NCBI GenBank assembly: GCA_043821115.1
Contig: JBDRDD010000007.1
Coordinates: forward strand, 6,276 to 70,275
Direction of reading: 5' to 3'
DNA: 64,000 bases
Source of the DNA: a bacterium
GTDB lineage: Bacteria; CAYTYR01; UBA6262; DAOVJB01
In this document: in pieces, positions 10,116-19,151 of the stretch
Layout of the letters: the number at the start of each line of letters is the position of its first letter
Numbering within the stretch: the first letter of the stretch is position 1
The notes under the pieces: model-generated
Seen by the model: only the letters and a program-made list of their open reading frames with translations
What the model was told of the DNA's origin: nothing
The model's database searches: none
Made by a program: the position numbers and the translations under genes

Positions 10116-11501
10116 ATGGCTACTCCAAAAGCGAAAATAAAACTCATAAGCAGGATCGCGTTGAAATTCAGTGCGATTGTCTGCTTTATTATCCTACTCA
10201 TAATGCTTCTTATGGCAAGCCTTATACTGCAGCAGACAAGGCAGTCATTGATAAAAGAGATGGAGATAAAAACAGAATTTTTTGCCCGCGATGTCAGGGA
10301 ATCCATGTTCCCCCAGCCGGATCCATTTCAGTTATTCTTCAGTGTTAACGAGATGATAAAAGACAAGGCTACGCTCTATGCCATCGTGCTTGACACAAAG
10401 GGAGAGATAGTTTCACATCACGACAGGGAGAGAATAGGCTCGCTTGATAAGAGTTCTGTGTCTCTTAGGGCGATGCAGAGCTCAGAGGTTCTTACCCAAC
10501 CCTACAAAAAAGGCTCGGAAGAATTATATGACATCTCTGTTCCTATCATGGTCGGAAAGGATCACAGGATAGGAACCGCACGCATAGGATTTTCCAAATC
10601 TTCCATAAATGCCGCGCTTGCAGAGAAAAGGAATAAGATTATAAGTATCACCATTGTCATGCTGGCGATTGGTGTGTTAGGGACAAGCATTGTGGTAACA
10701 CTAATGGTCAACCCGATAAATACGCTTGTTAAGGCCGCGCGCGGGATAGGTGAGGGAAAGCTGGACCAGGAGATAAATATAAAAGGTAAAGATGAGATAG
10801 GACAGCTTGCCAGGGCGTTTAGTGAAATGGTAAAAGGTCTTAAGGAAAGGGATTTTATACGAAATACCTTCGGGAAATACGTGACAAAGCAGGTTGCCGA
10901 AGCCATCCTTGAGGGGCAGCTCGAACTTGGAGGGGAGCGAAAAAAGGTTACGATACTCATGTCTGACATAAGGGGTTTTACAAAAATGAGCGAGAAACTT
11001 CCTCCCGAGGAAGTCGTGGACTTTCTAAACCTGTACTTTACGAAGATGGTGGATGTAATCAATAAGTACGAGGGAACTCTCGACAAATTCATAGGCGATG
11101 CGCTTCTTGCGGTGTTCGGCGCGCCTATAGCCCACATGGATGACGCAAGAAGAGCAGTATTTGCGGGAATAGAAATGAGCGAAGAGCTTGCGAAATTCAA
11201 TGCCGAGAGGCATAAGAACAATCAGGACCCTCTGGAGATAGGCATTGCCATTCATACAGGGGATGTTGTCGCTGGGAACATAGGTTCTGAGACCCGCATG
11301 GAGTATACAGTTATAGGAAATACCGTTAACCTTGCATCACGGGTCGAGAAGCTTAATAAGAAACTCGGTACCATGATGCTGATAACAGATGATACCTATC
11401 AAGAGGTAAAAAATGTCGTTGAAGTGAAGGATATAGAGCAGGTGAGTATAAGGGGTATAGAGAAACCCGTTAAGATATACGAGGTTGTGGGAAGAAAATA
11501 A
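10116..11501 (+). CDS. Membrane-bound class III adenylate/guanylate cyclase with HAMP domain
   Basis: N-terminal TM segments, HAMP-like linker (EIGQLARAFSEMVKGLKE), cyclase domain VTILMSDIRGFT...FIGDALLAVFGAP...IGIAIHTGDVVAGNIG. Confidence 0.9.
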   Translation: MATPKAKIKLISRIALKFSAIVCFIILLIMLLMASLILQQTRQSLIKEMEIKTEFFARDVRESMFPQPDPFQLFFSVNEMIKDKATLYAIVLDTKGEIVSHHDRERIGSLDKSSVSLRAMQSSEVLTQPYKKGSEELYDISVPIMVGKDHRIGTARIGFSKSSINAALAEKRNKIISITIVMLAIGVLGTSIVVTLMVNPINTLVKAARGIGEGKLDQEINIKGKDEIGQLARAFSEMVKGLKERDFIRNTFGKYVTKQVAEAILEGQLELGGERKKVTILMSDIRGFTKMSEKLPPEEVVDFLNLYFTKMVDVINKYEGTLDKFIGDALLAVFGAPIAHMDDARRAVFAGIEMSEELAKFNAERHKNNQDPLEIGIAIHTGDVVAGNIGSETRMEYTVIGNTVNLASRVEKLNKKLGTMMLITDDTYQEVKNVVEVKDIEQVSIRGIEKPVKIYEVVGRK

Positions 11502-11529
11502 ATTTTTATTTTCTGGAAGCTAAGACAAA

Positions 11530-11554
11530 AGTAGCAGCGTTGGTTGCTGCTACT
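11530..11554 (+). terminator. Hairpin after the cyclase gene (possible intrinsic terminator)
   Basis: Inverted repeat agtagcagc-gttggtt-gctgctact followed by A/T-rich tract (taattta). Confidence 0.4.
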
Positions 11555-11581
11555 TAATTTATATGTACGCAAAAGGGTGTA

Positions 11582-12931
11582 ATGGGAAAAAGAAAAGATC
11601 TCACACAGGGCAGCGTTCTAAAAAATGTATGGGTACTCGCATTGCCTATGATGTTCTCAGGCATCATACAGACGGCTTTTAACATAGTGGACATGTTCTG
11701 GGTGGGCAGGCTCGGTTCAGAGGCGATAGCGGCGGTTGCCATGAGCGGTGCTGTCATAATGATCGTTGTTATCTTTGTTATGGGCCTCGGCAGGGGAACA
11801 AGTGCCATGGTTGCCAGGTTCATTGGCGCCAAACAGGTAGAAGAGGCTAACAGGGTGGCAATGCAGTCAATTTTTCTGGCCCTTGTAATATCATTTCTGC
11901 TTGCAATAGTAGGCTATTTAATTACCCCGTTTCTGTTTAATCTTTTAGCCGCTGGGCCTGGCGTAATAAGTCTCGGTACGGGATATATGAGGATCATTTT
12001 TTTAGGCGGTATAAGCATGGTGTTCTTGTTTCTCATAAGTTCTATTTTTCAGGGTGCCGGTGACGCAGTTACTCCAATGAAGCTTATTATTATAGCTGCA
12101 CTGCTCAATGCCGTTCTTGATCCCTTGCTTATATTCGGAATATCGTTTTTCCCGAAAATGGGAGTCAGCGGCGCGGCGCTTGCCACTGTCTGCTCTCAGG
12201 GCTTCGGTGCGCTTATAGGCATTTACCTTCTTGCAAAGGGCCGTTCTCTTATACATGTAAACATGAGGATGCTGAAATTTGATTTCTCCATGATACGAAG
12301 GGTCCTTATTATAGGGATCCCGGCATCTCTTCAGATGGGTCTCAGGAGTTTTATGGCTGTGGTTCTCATGGGAATTGTGGCTAGGTATGGAACATATGCT
12401 GTTGCCGCATACGGCATAGGTGTTCGCCTTCAGATGATGGTTCTTATGCCGGGATTCAGCTTGGGCAATGCGGCAGGTACGCTTGTCGGACAGAACCTTG
12501 GTGCTGGAAAACCAGAAAGGGCGGAAAAGAGTGGATGGAGTGCTACGGGTATTTACATGATCATAATGCTTATTGTAGGTGTTTTGTCTTTTATATTCGC
12601 CGCTCCTATAATAAAGATTTTCAGCAAGGAGCTGCAGGTAATAGCGATAGGCGAGGAGTTTCTTAAAATAACAGCAGTGATGTATGTTTTTACAGCAATG
12701 GGTCTTGTCCTTAGTAGGGCTTTAATGGGGGCCGGGGATACGGTATCACCCGTATTCTTAAATCTTTTTGCGCTCTGGGGCCTGCAGGTACCGCTTGCAA
12801 TAATGATTCCACGTATAACAGGAGCCGGTGTGACCGGTGTTTTCTGGGCGATTGTTATAGCTTCTGTAATAAATGGTATTACGACAGCTGTGTGGTTTAA
12901 GATTGGAAGATGGAAGCACAAGAGAATATAA
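11582..12931 (+). CDS. MATE-family multidrug/oligosaccharide efflux transporter
   Basis: 449 aa, about 12 hydrophobic segments, internal duplication typical of MATE (GIPASLQMGLRSFMAVVLMGIVARYGTYAVAAYGIG). Confidence 0.85.
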   Translation: MGKRKDLTQGSVLKNVWVLALPMMFSGIIQTAFNIVDMFWVGRLGSEAIAAVAMSGAVIMIVVIFVMGLGRGTSAMVARFIGAKQVEEANRVAMQSIFLALVISFLLAIVGYLITPFLFNLLAAGPGVISLGTGYMRIIFLGGISMVFLFLISSIFQGAGDAVTPMKLIIIAALLNAVLDPLLIFGISFFPKMGVSGAALATVCSQGFGALIGIYLLAKGRSLIHVNMRMLKFDFSMIRRVLIIGIPASLQMGLRSFMAVVLMGIVARYGTYAVAAYGIGVRLQMMVLMPGFSLGNAAGTLVGQNLGAGKPERAEKSGWSATGIYMIIMLIVGVLSFIFAAPIIKIFSKELQVIAIGEEFLKITAVMYVFTAMGLVLSRALMGAGDTVSPVFLNLFALWGLQVPLAIMIPRITGAGVTGVFWAIVIASVINGITTAVWFKIGRWKHKRI

Positions 12932-12960
12932 TTCTCGAAAAAGTATATGCTTTGGTTACC

Positions 12961-12983
12961 GCTAAAGTGTTTAGCGTTTTTTT
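12961..12983 (+). terminator. Rho-independent terminator-like hairpin after the MATE gene
   Basis: gctaaa-gtg-tttagc stem-loop immediately followed by gttttttt. Confidence 0.5.
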
Positions 12984-13078
12984 ATTAGTAGCTTATCTAA
13001 AATCATTTATTGCATTGAAAAAGGTGTTTTTTTGTGTTATTATACTAACACTGAATGTGCGGGGAAAGGAACAGAAAT

Positions 13079-13852
13079 ATGGACGGTTTGTTAATTGACA
13101 CCAAAAAAGTGCAGAAAAAACTTATGGATTTTATAAAACAGGAAGTTGGCGGCCGTGGTTTTAAGAATACAATCATCGGGTTATCCGGAGGTCTTGATTC
13201 AAGTGTCGTGGCGTATCTTGCAGCCGGTGCTCTGGGCAAGGAACATGTATGGGGTATTATGATGCCGTATAAGACAAACTCTGCTTCAGCACTTGATCAT
13301 GGGCGTATGGTTATAGATAACCTTGGGATTAATTCGGATACGGTGGAGATCACTCCCATGGTAGATAAATATTTCGAGAGTTTCCCCCAAGCCGACCATA
13401 TGAGACGGGGAAATAAAATGGCACGAGAGAGAATGAGCATACTCTATGACCTCTCGGCTCTCAACAAGGCTCTGGTAATAGGAACAAGCAATAAGAGTGA
13501 ATTACTGCTTGGATATGGAACACTTCACGGTGACGTAGCCTGCGCACTTAATCCCCTGGGAGGACTATACAAAACACAGGTAAGACAGCTTGCAACTGAA
13601 ATTGGTGTTCCCGGATGCATTATAGAGAAAGCTCCGAGCGCGGGACTTTGGGAGGGACAGGAGGACGAGAAGGAACTGGGATTTGGCTACGCGGAAGTTG
13701 ATAAACTGCTTCAGCTTATGGTTGACAATAAAATGTCTTCGGAAGGTCTCCTCAGCAAAGGCTTCGATAAATCATTTATAAAAACTGTTAGGGATAAGAT
13801 CAAGGGGTCACAGTACAAAAGGGAACCCGCACCCATTGCCGAAATCTCTTAG
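13079..13852 (+). CDS. nadE: NH3-dependent NAD+ synthetase
   Basis: PP-loop SGGLDSS (IIGLSGGLDSSVVAYLA); start moved to second in-frame ATG (13079), which has an upstream aagga RBS. Confidence 0.9.
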   Translation: MDGLLIDTKKVQKKLMDFIKQEVGGRGFKNTIIGLSGGLDSSVVAYLAAGALGKEHVWGIMMPYKTNSASALDHGRMVIDNLGINSDTVEITPMVDKYFESFPQADHMRRGNKMARERMSILYDLSALNKALVIGTSNKSELLLGYGTLHGDVACALNPLGGLYKTQVRQLATEIGVPGCIIEKAPSAGLWEGQEDEKELGFGYAEVDKLLQLMVDNKMSSEGLLSKGFDKSFIKTVRDKIKGSQYKREPAPIAEIS

Positions 13853-13869
13853 GCACAGATAAATACTTC

Positions 13870-13898
13870 TTGACTATTAATCCAAAATATGCTATAAA
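13870..13898 (+). promoter_or_regulatory. Sigma70-type promoter upstream of the HU gene
   Basis: TTGACT - 17 nt - TATAAA, with atatgctataaa context shared with the rRNA promoter region. Confidence 0.5.
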
Positions 13899-13946
13899 AT
13901 CAAAGGAATTCTTATATTTATAAATAAGGAAGGAGGTGTATCACAT

Positions 13947-14219
13947 ATGAATAAGATCGAGTTAATCGAGAAAGTTGCCCAGGATGTGCAGATAAACAAG
14001 GCTACGGCCGAAAAGGCTGTCAGTTCCATAATCGAGCATGTCACAGCGACGCTCAAGAGTGGTGACCAGTTTAATTTTGCCGGTCTTGGAATTTTCAGGG
14101 TTAAAACCCGCAAGGCACGCGTCGGAAGGAACCCGAAAACAGGGGAAGCAGTTGACATCCCGGCAAGAAAAGTGCCAGTGTTTAAGGCGAGTGCTACCTT
14201 GAAGAACGCTGTAAAGTAA
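13947..14219 (+). CDS. hup: HU-family DNA-binding protein
   Basis: 90 aa; MNKIELIEKVA...FAGLGIFRVKTRKARVGRNPKTGEAVDIPARKVPVFKA (HU arm motif). Confidence 0.95.
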   Translation: MNKIELIEKVAQDVQINKATAEKAVSSIIEHVTATLKSGDQFNFAGLGIFRVKTRKARVGRNPKTGEAVDIPARKVPVFKASATLKNAVK

Positions 14220-14269
14220 ATCCGGCATCAGGAATCTAAGGTTCAAGTACAAATTAAGGAGCCAAATCC

Positions 14270-15652
14270 GTGAGCGCATATGGTGTTATTGTCATAGGGG
14301 CAGGTGTGGCTGGGTACAGTGCTGCCATAAGGCTTGCACAGTTGGGTGCAAAGGTCTGCATTATCGAGAAAGCTGAGATCGGCGGGACTTGTCTTAACAG
14401 GGGATGCATTCCTACCAAGGTGTTTCTAAGCAGCGTCGCCCTTTTATCCTCTTTGAAGAAAGCAGATGATATGGGTATCAAGGTTGCAGGAGTATCTCTG
14501 GACTTTGAGCGCATTATACAGAAAAAACAAAAGGTAGTCGAAAACCTTGTAAAAGGTGTTGAGTACCTGCTTAAAAACAACCAGGTGGAGATAATAAAGG
14601 GTGCTGCAAAGATAATCTCCCCGGATACCGTCCAAGTAAGCTATTTGGAAAATACAATCAAAATTAATGCAAAGCATATAGTTATCGCCACGGGAAGCGA
14701 ACCTGATCGTCCAAATTGGATACGTTTCGGTGATCAGATCATTACCAGCGATGAGCTATTAAACCTCAACACGATTCCAAAAAGCCTCATGATAATAGGA
14801 GGAGGCGCGATAGGTTGTGAATTCGCGTTTATATTTAGTGCGCTCGGGGCCCAAGTTACGCTTGTTGAAATTATGAACCAGATACTGCCGTCCGAGGAAG
14901 AGGAAATTACCAGCAGGCTTTTTGCCCAGATGGAGAAGGCCGGCATAAAAGTTTACACTAAGGTAAAGCTTGATGAGCTGTTTGCTAATTCAGATGCTAT
15001 GGTAGGCAAGCTTTCAACCGGAGAGGAAATAAGCGCCGAAAAAGTGCTTGTAGCCATGGGGAGGGTTCCAAACACAAAAGGTCTCGGACTTGAAGCAATA
15101 GGAGTCAAGACAGAACATGGAAAAATACATGTCAGTGAAAGGCTTAAGACCAACATCGAAGGTATTTACGCAATAGGTGATGTTGTTAGGGGGCCTATGT
15201 ATGCGCACAAAGCCGCTTTGGACGGTATCACGGTAGCCGAGATAATAATGGATGTGGGTAGGGGTGTTGAATATAGTTCTGTTCCCAACTGTATTTTTAC
15301 CATACCCGAAGTGGCGAGTGTAGGCTTGAAGGAAGAGGATGCCCGAAAGAAGTATAAGGTAAATGTCGGCAGATTTATGTTCGCTGCCAACGGCCGCGCG
15401 CAAACCCTCGGTGACACGGAAGGATTTGTAAAAATAGTGGGAGAGGAACAAACAGGCAGAATACTGGGCGTGCACATAATAGGAAGAGAAGCTACCGAGC
15501 TGATAAATCAGGCGTCTCAGGCTATGAAAAATAACCTTACGGTGAAGCAGCTTGCCGATAGTGTCTTTGCTCATCCCACGCTTTCAGAGTGTATCAAGGA
15601 AGCAGCGGGTGATGTAACAGGCGAGGCGATCCACAAGGTTAAGAAGTGCTGA
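14270..15652 (+). CDS. lpdA: Dihydrolipoyl dehydrogenase
   Basis: FAD motif GAGVAGYSAA; redox-active disulfide GGTCLNRGCIPTK; C-terminal HAHPTLSE; GTG start. Confidence 0.9.
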   Translation: MSAYGVIVIGAGVAGYSAAIRLAQLGAKVCIIEKAEIGGTCLNRGCIPTKVFLSSVALLSSLKKADDMGIKVAGVSLDFERIIQKKQKVVENLVKGVEYLLKNNQVEIIKGAAKIISPDTVQVSYLENTIKINAKHIVIATGSEPDRPNWIRFGDQIITSDELLNLNTIPKSLMIIGGGAIGCEFAFIFSALGAQVTLVEIMNQILPSEEEEITSRLFAQMEKAGIKVYTKVKLDELFANSDAMVGKLSTGEEISAEKVLVAMGRVPNTKGLGLEAIGVKTEHGKIHVSERLKTNIEGIYAIGDVVRGPMYAHKAALDGITVAEIIMDVGRGVEYSSVPNCIFTIPEVASVGLKEEDARKKYKVNVGRFMFAANGRAQTLGDTEGFVKIVGEEQTGRILGVHIIGREATELINQASQAMKNNLTVKQLADSVFAHPTLSECIKEAAGDVTGEAIHKVKKC

Positions 15653-15681
15653 AATTGTTTGAGAGCGGAGAGTGAGACAAT

Positions 15682-15921
15682 ATGCAAGACGATGAAATGA
15701 GGGGACTGGCTAAAACTGCTGGATGGATTTTCGTCATAATAGGCGTGCTTGTTGCTGTAAAGGGAGCAGCTGATATGATTTTTCTGGCTCCCTCCTCGGA
15801 ATTTGTTACCCCCGAGAACTGGATGAGGTTTGCCTTTTTCGAGCTGGTTTACGGACTTGCTTGTGTTTTGATAGGGGAAGCTATCTTTTCTTTTGTCAGA
15901 AGATACCTGCAAAAGCAGTAG
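15682..15921 (+). CDS. Small hypothetical membrane protein
   Basis: 79-aa ORF with two hydrophobic segments between lpdA and lipA; no recognisable family. Confidence 0.5.
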   Translation: MQDDEMRGLAKTAGWIFVIIGVLVAVKGAADMIFLAPSSEFVTPENWMRFAFFELVYGLACVLIGEAIFSFVRRYLQKQ

Positions 15922-15934
15922 GATAATATTTTTT

Positions 15935-16798
15935 ATGCAGAAACAGAGATTGCCTGGATGGCTCAAGAAGAAAACAGACTTGCGCAATACGCGCAGTCTC
16001 AAGACTATGTTTCGAGCGCTCAGACTTCATACGGTTTGCGAAAGTGCACATTGCCCGAATATCTCTGAGTGTTTTGCAAGCGGACATGCAACATTCATGA
16101 TACTTGGGGACATCTGTACGCGTTCATGTGGGTTCTGTGCGGTTAAAAAAGGCACACCATGCGATGTTTTGGCTAGTGAGCCTCAAAGTGTCGCGATGGC
16201 GGTAAAGAAGCTCGGCCTAAAATATGTTGTCATTACATCAGTATCCCGCGATGATATAGAGGATTACGGTGCGTCTGGGTTCGCCAGGACGATTTCTGCC
16301 GTAAGAAGTGTTTCATCAAGTAAGATAGAGGTGCTCACCCCGGATTTCAGAGGCGACAGGTGTGCCATTGAGACTGTAGTGCAAGCCTGTCCGGATGTGT
16401 TCAACCATAATATGGAGACAGTACCAAGGCTTTATTCGGCAGTAAGGCCCCAGGCATCCTACGTGAATTCACTTGGGTTGCTTCGTATGGTGAAGGAAAT
16501 AAAAAGCTCTATCTATACGAAAAGCGGTCTTATGCTGGGACTAGGGGAAAAGGAAGAAGAAGTTGAAGAAGTTATGCGTTCCTTGCGCAGCGTGGGATGC
16601 GATATCCTTACTCTGGGTCAATACCTTAAGCCTTCCCGCGATCATTATCCCGTAAGGGATTATATTTCTCCGCAGAAATTTGATTCTTACAGGCAAATGG
16701 CAGAGTCGATGGGATTTGCTTTTGTTGCAAGCGCTCCGTATGTAAGGAGCTCATACAGAGCGTATGAAGGGTTCAAGCAGCTGGTTGCAAAATCATAA
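15935..16798 (+). CDS. lipA: Lipoyl synthase
   Basis: Cys clusters CESAHCPNISEC and radical-SAM CTRSCGFC; start set to in-frame ATG at 15935. Confidence 0.92.
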   Translation: MQKQRLPGWLKKKTDLRNTRSLKTMFRALRLHTVCESAHCPNISECFASGHATFMILGDICTRSCGFCAVKKGTPCDVLASEPQSVAMAVKKLGLKYVVITSVSRDDIEDYGASGFARTISAVRSVSSSKIEVLTPDFRGDRCAIETVVQACPDVFNHNMETVPRLYSAVRPQASYVNSLGLLRMVKEIKSSIYTKSGLMLGLGEKEEEVEEVMRSLRSVGCDILTLGQYLKPSRDHYPVRDYISPQKFDSYRQMAESMGFAFVASAPYVRSSYRAYEGFKQLVAKS

Positions 16799-16866
16799 CA
16801 CGGACTTTTATTTTTTTATGACTGGATTGTAAACAGCGGAACAGACAGTACACAAAAGGAGGCGCC

Positions 16867-18051
16867 ATGAGGCCTGCAGATAAACTCATGAAACTACCGC
16901 CATATTTGTTCGGGGCAATCAATCTCCTCAAGCAGGAAGCATACAAGAAGAAGCTTGATGTGATTGATCTTGGAATGGGTAATCCTGACATGCCCACTCC
17001 GGAGCATATCGTGGAGCGTTTGTGCGATACGATATCCAATCATCCAAGTACACACCGTTATCCGCAGGCAAAGGGGATGCCAAAGTTTAGAAAATCAGTT
17101 GCAAGCTGGTTCAAGAAGCGCTTCGGTGTGAGCCTTGATCCCGAGAATGAAGTGCTCGCTCTTATAGGGTCCAAGGAAGGTGTCGTGCACATGTGCATGG
17201 CATATCTTAATCCCGGTGATGTTGCGCTTGTGCCCAATCCTGCATACATGGGTCACTTTAACGGCGTGATACTCTCCGGAGGAGAAGTAAGCGAGATGCC
17301 GCTTCTGGAGAAGAACGGATATCTTCCGGATCTGACCAAAATACCCCAGAAGGTTGCCCAGCGTGCAAAGCTCATGTTCCTTAATTATCCTAACAATCCT
17401 ACCACAGCTGTTGTGGAGGATCTTTCATTCTTCAAGGAAGTGGTTAAGTTTGCCAAGAAGTATGATATATTAGTGTGCCATGATAATGCTTATTCAGAGT
17501 TATGTTTTGATGATTATGTTGCTCCTTCCTTTCTTGAAGTCCCGGGGGCAAAAGATGTGGGTGTAGAATTTTTCTCTTTCTCCAAGACCTACAATATGGC
17601 AGGGTGGAGGCTCGGTTTTGCCGTTGGCAATGCCGATCTGGTGAAACCCCTTGAAAGGATAAAGAGCTACCTGGATTACGGCGTATTTACGCCTATACAG
17701 TTGTCAGGGGTTTCTGCTATAACATCGAGCCAGAAATGTGTTAAGGAAATAGCGGACCGCTACAAGAAGCGCGGTGAAAAGCTTGTAGATGGTCTCAATA
17801 AGATAGGATGGAAAGTGCCTAAGCCCAAAGCCACCATGTACCTGTGGGCGCCTCTTCCGGAGAAATTCAAACATATGCCTTCGCTTGAGTTTGCCGAACT
17901 TCTTATTCAGAAGACCGGCATAGCTGTGGCTCCCGGCATAGCTTTTGGTAAATACGGGGAAGGCTATGTGAGGATGGCCCTGGTCACACATGATAATCGT
18001 TTCCATGATGTGATCCTTAGGCTTAAGAAACTCCTGCGGAGCAAGGACTGA
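16867..18051 (+). CDS. Class I/II PLP-dependent aminotransferase (DapL/alanine aminotransferase-like)
   Basis: N-terminal LPPYLFGAINLLKQEA...VIDLGMGNPDMPTPEHI; PLP-lysine context FSFSKTYNMAGWRLGF. Confidence 0.85.
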   Translation: MRPADKLMKLPPYLFGAINLLKQEAYKKKLDVIDLGMGNPDMPTPEHIVERLCDTISNHPSTHRYPQAKGMPKFRKSVASWFKKRFGVSLDPENEVLALIGSKEGVVHMCMAYLNPGDVALVPNPAYMGHFNGVILSGGEVSEMPLLEKNGYLPDLTKIPQKVAQRAKLMFLNYPNNPTTAVVEDLSFFKEVVKFAKKYDILVCHDNAYSELCFDDYVAPSFLEVPGAKDVGVEFFSFSKTYNMAGWRLGFAVGNADLVKPLERIKSYLDYGVFTPIQLSGVSAITSSQKCVKEIADRYKKRGEKLVDGLNKIGWKVPKPKATMYLWAPLPEKFKHMPSLEFAELLIQKTGIAVAPGIAFGKYGEGYVRMALVTHDNRFHDVILRLKKLLRSKD

Positions 18052-18065
18052 GGGAGAGTGAGCTT

Positions 18066-19112
18066 TTGTCGACCAGGAAGCTTGTTAGTGATATAGGGGA
18101 AATCCGGTTAATTGATAGGATAAAGAAGCAGATTACACGTGCATACAAGGGTGCTAAGGGTACTCTCAGGCCGGTTGTAGGCATAGGTGATGATGCGGCA
18201 GTAGTGAGGCCTGAGGCAGGCAAACTGCTTGTTGCCAGTACGGATATGCTCGTGGAAGGCATACATTTCAATATAGGCACTTTTACCCCATATGAAATTG
18301 GCCTCAAGGCCATGGCTGTCAACCTCAGTGACATTGCTGCTATGGGGGCTGCTCCCAGGTATGGGTTGGTTACACTAGGTTTACCTGTTAATATACCTGT
18401 GGAAACTGTGGATAACCTCATAAAAGGAACCCTTGATTTATCCCGTAAATTCAACGTTTTTGTCATAGGTGGGGATATCGTGAGTTCACCCAACGCTCTT
18501 GTGGTGAGTATCACCGTCTGGGGAAGCGTAGAGAAGAAGAAAATCATAAGGCGCAGCGGGGCAAAGGCAGGCGACCTAATTATGGTCACCGGTACCATGG
18601 GCGATTCCGCAGCAGGACTATCGATTCTCGGTGAGAACTCTACCAGAAGACCGAGCAGCTGGGAAAGGAAGCTTGTTAGCAGGCACTTAAGGCCGTATCC
18701 CAGGGTAAGGGAGTCCGGGGTGCTTGCAAAAAGCGGCTTCGTAAGTTCCATGATAGACTCAAGTGACGGGCTTATGAAGTCGATCTACCATTTGTGTCGC
18801 CAGAGTAATGTAGGTGCGAAGGTTTATACGGAGCGTATACCGCTGTCAGCTTCCCTTGAGCGCTTTCTGGAAAAGAAAAAGGAAAAACCTTCTTACATGG
18901 CTCTTTGCGGAGGGGAAGAATACGAGTTGGTATTTACTGTTTCACAAAAGAGCGAAAAGGCCGTTAAGAAAATGCTAAGCCAGAAGAAATGTGTCGGTGT
19001 AAGCACAATAGGTGAAATTGTAGGCAAGAAAAAAGGTGTGAACTTTTTTGAAAAAGGAAAACGATTAAGACCATTTCCCTTAGCTGGCTTTGAGCACTTC
19101 AGATCCTTATAA
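18066..19112 (+). CDS. thiL: Thiamine-monophosphate kinase
   Basis: AIR-synthase-like fold motifs GIGDDAAVV, VASTDMLVEGIHF; TTG start. Confidence 0.88.
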   Translation: MSTRKLVSDIGEIRLIDRIKKQITRAYKGAKGTLRPVVGIGDDAAVVRPEAGKLLVASTDMLVEGIHFNIGTFTPYEIGLKAMAVNLSDIAAMGAAPRYGLVTLGLPVNIPVETVDNLIKGTLDLSRKFNVFVIGGDIVSSPNALVVSITVWGSVEKKKIIRRSGAKAGDLIMVTGTMGDSAAGLSILGENSTRRPSSWERKLVSRHLRPYPRVRESGVLAKSGFVSSMIDSSDGLMKSIYHLCRQSNVGAKVYTERIPLSASLERFLEKKKEKPSYMALCGGEEYELVFTVSQKSEKAVKKMLSQKKCVGVSTIGEIVGKKKGVNFFEKGKRLRPFPLAGFEHFRSL

Positions 19113-19151
19113 AAAATATTAACGCAAAACAGACAAAAGAGGTGATTAATT

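Noticed and set aside
12910-13098. 62-aa ORF between the MATE gene and nadE
   Set aside because: Overlaps the terminator hairpin and promoter-like region; hydrophobic low-complexity translation; likely non-coding.
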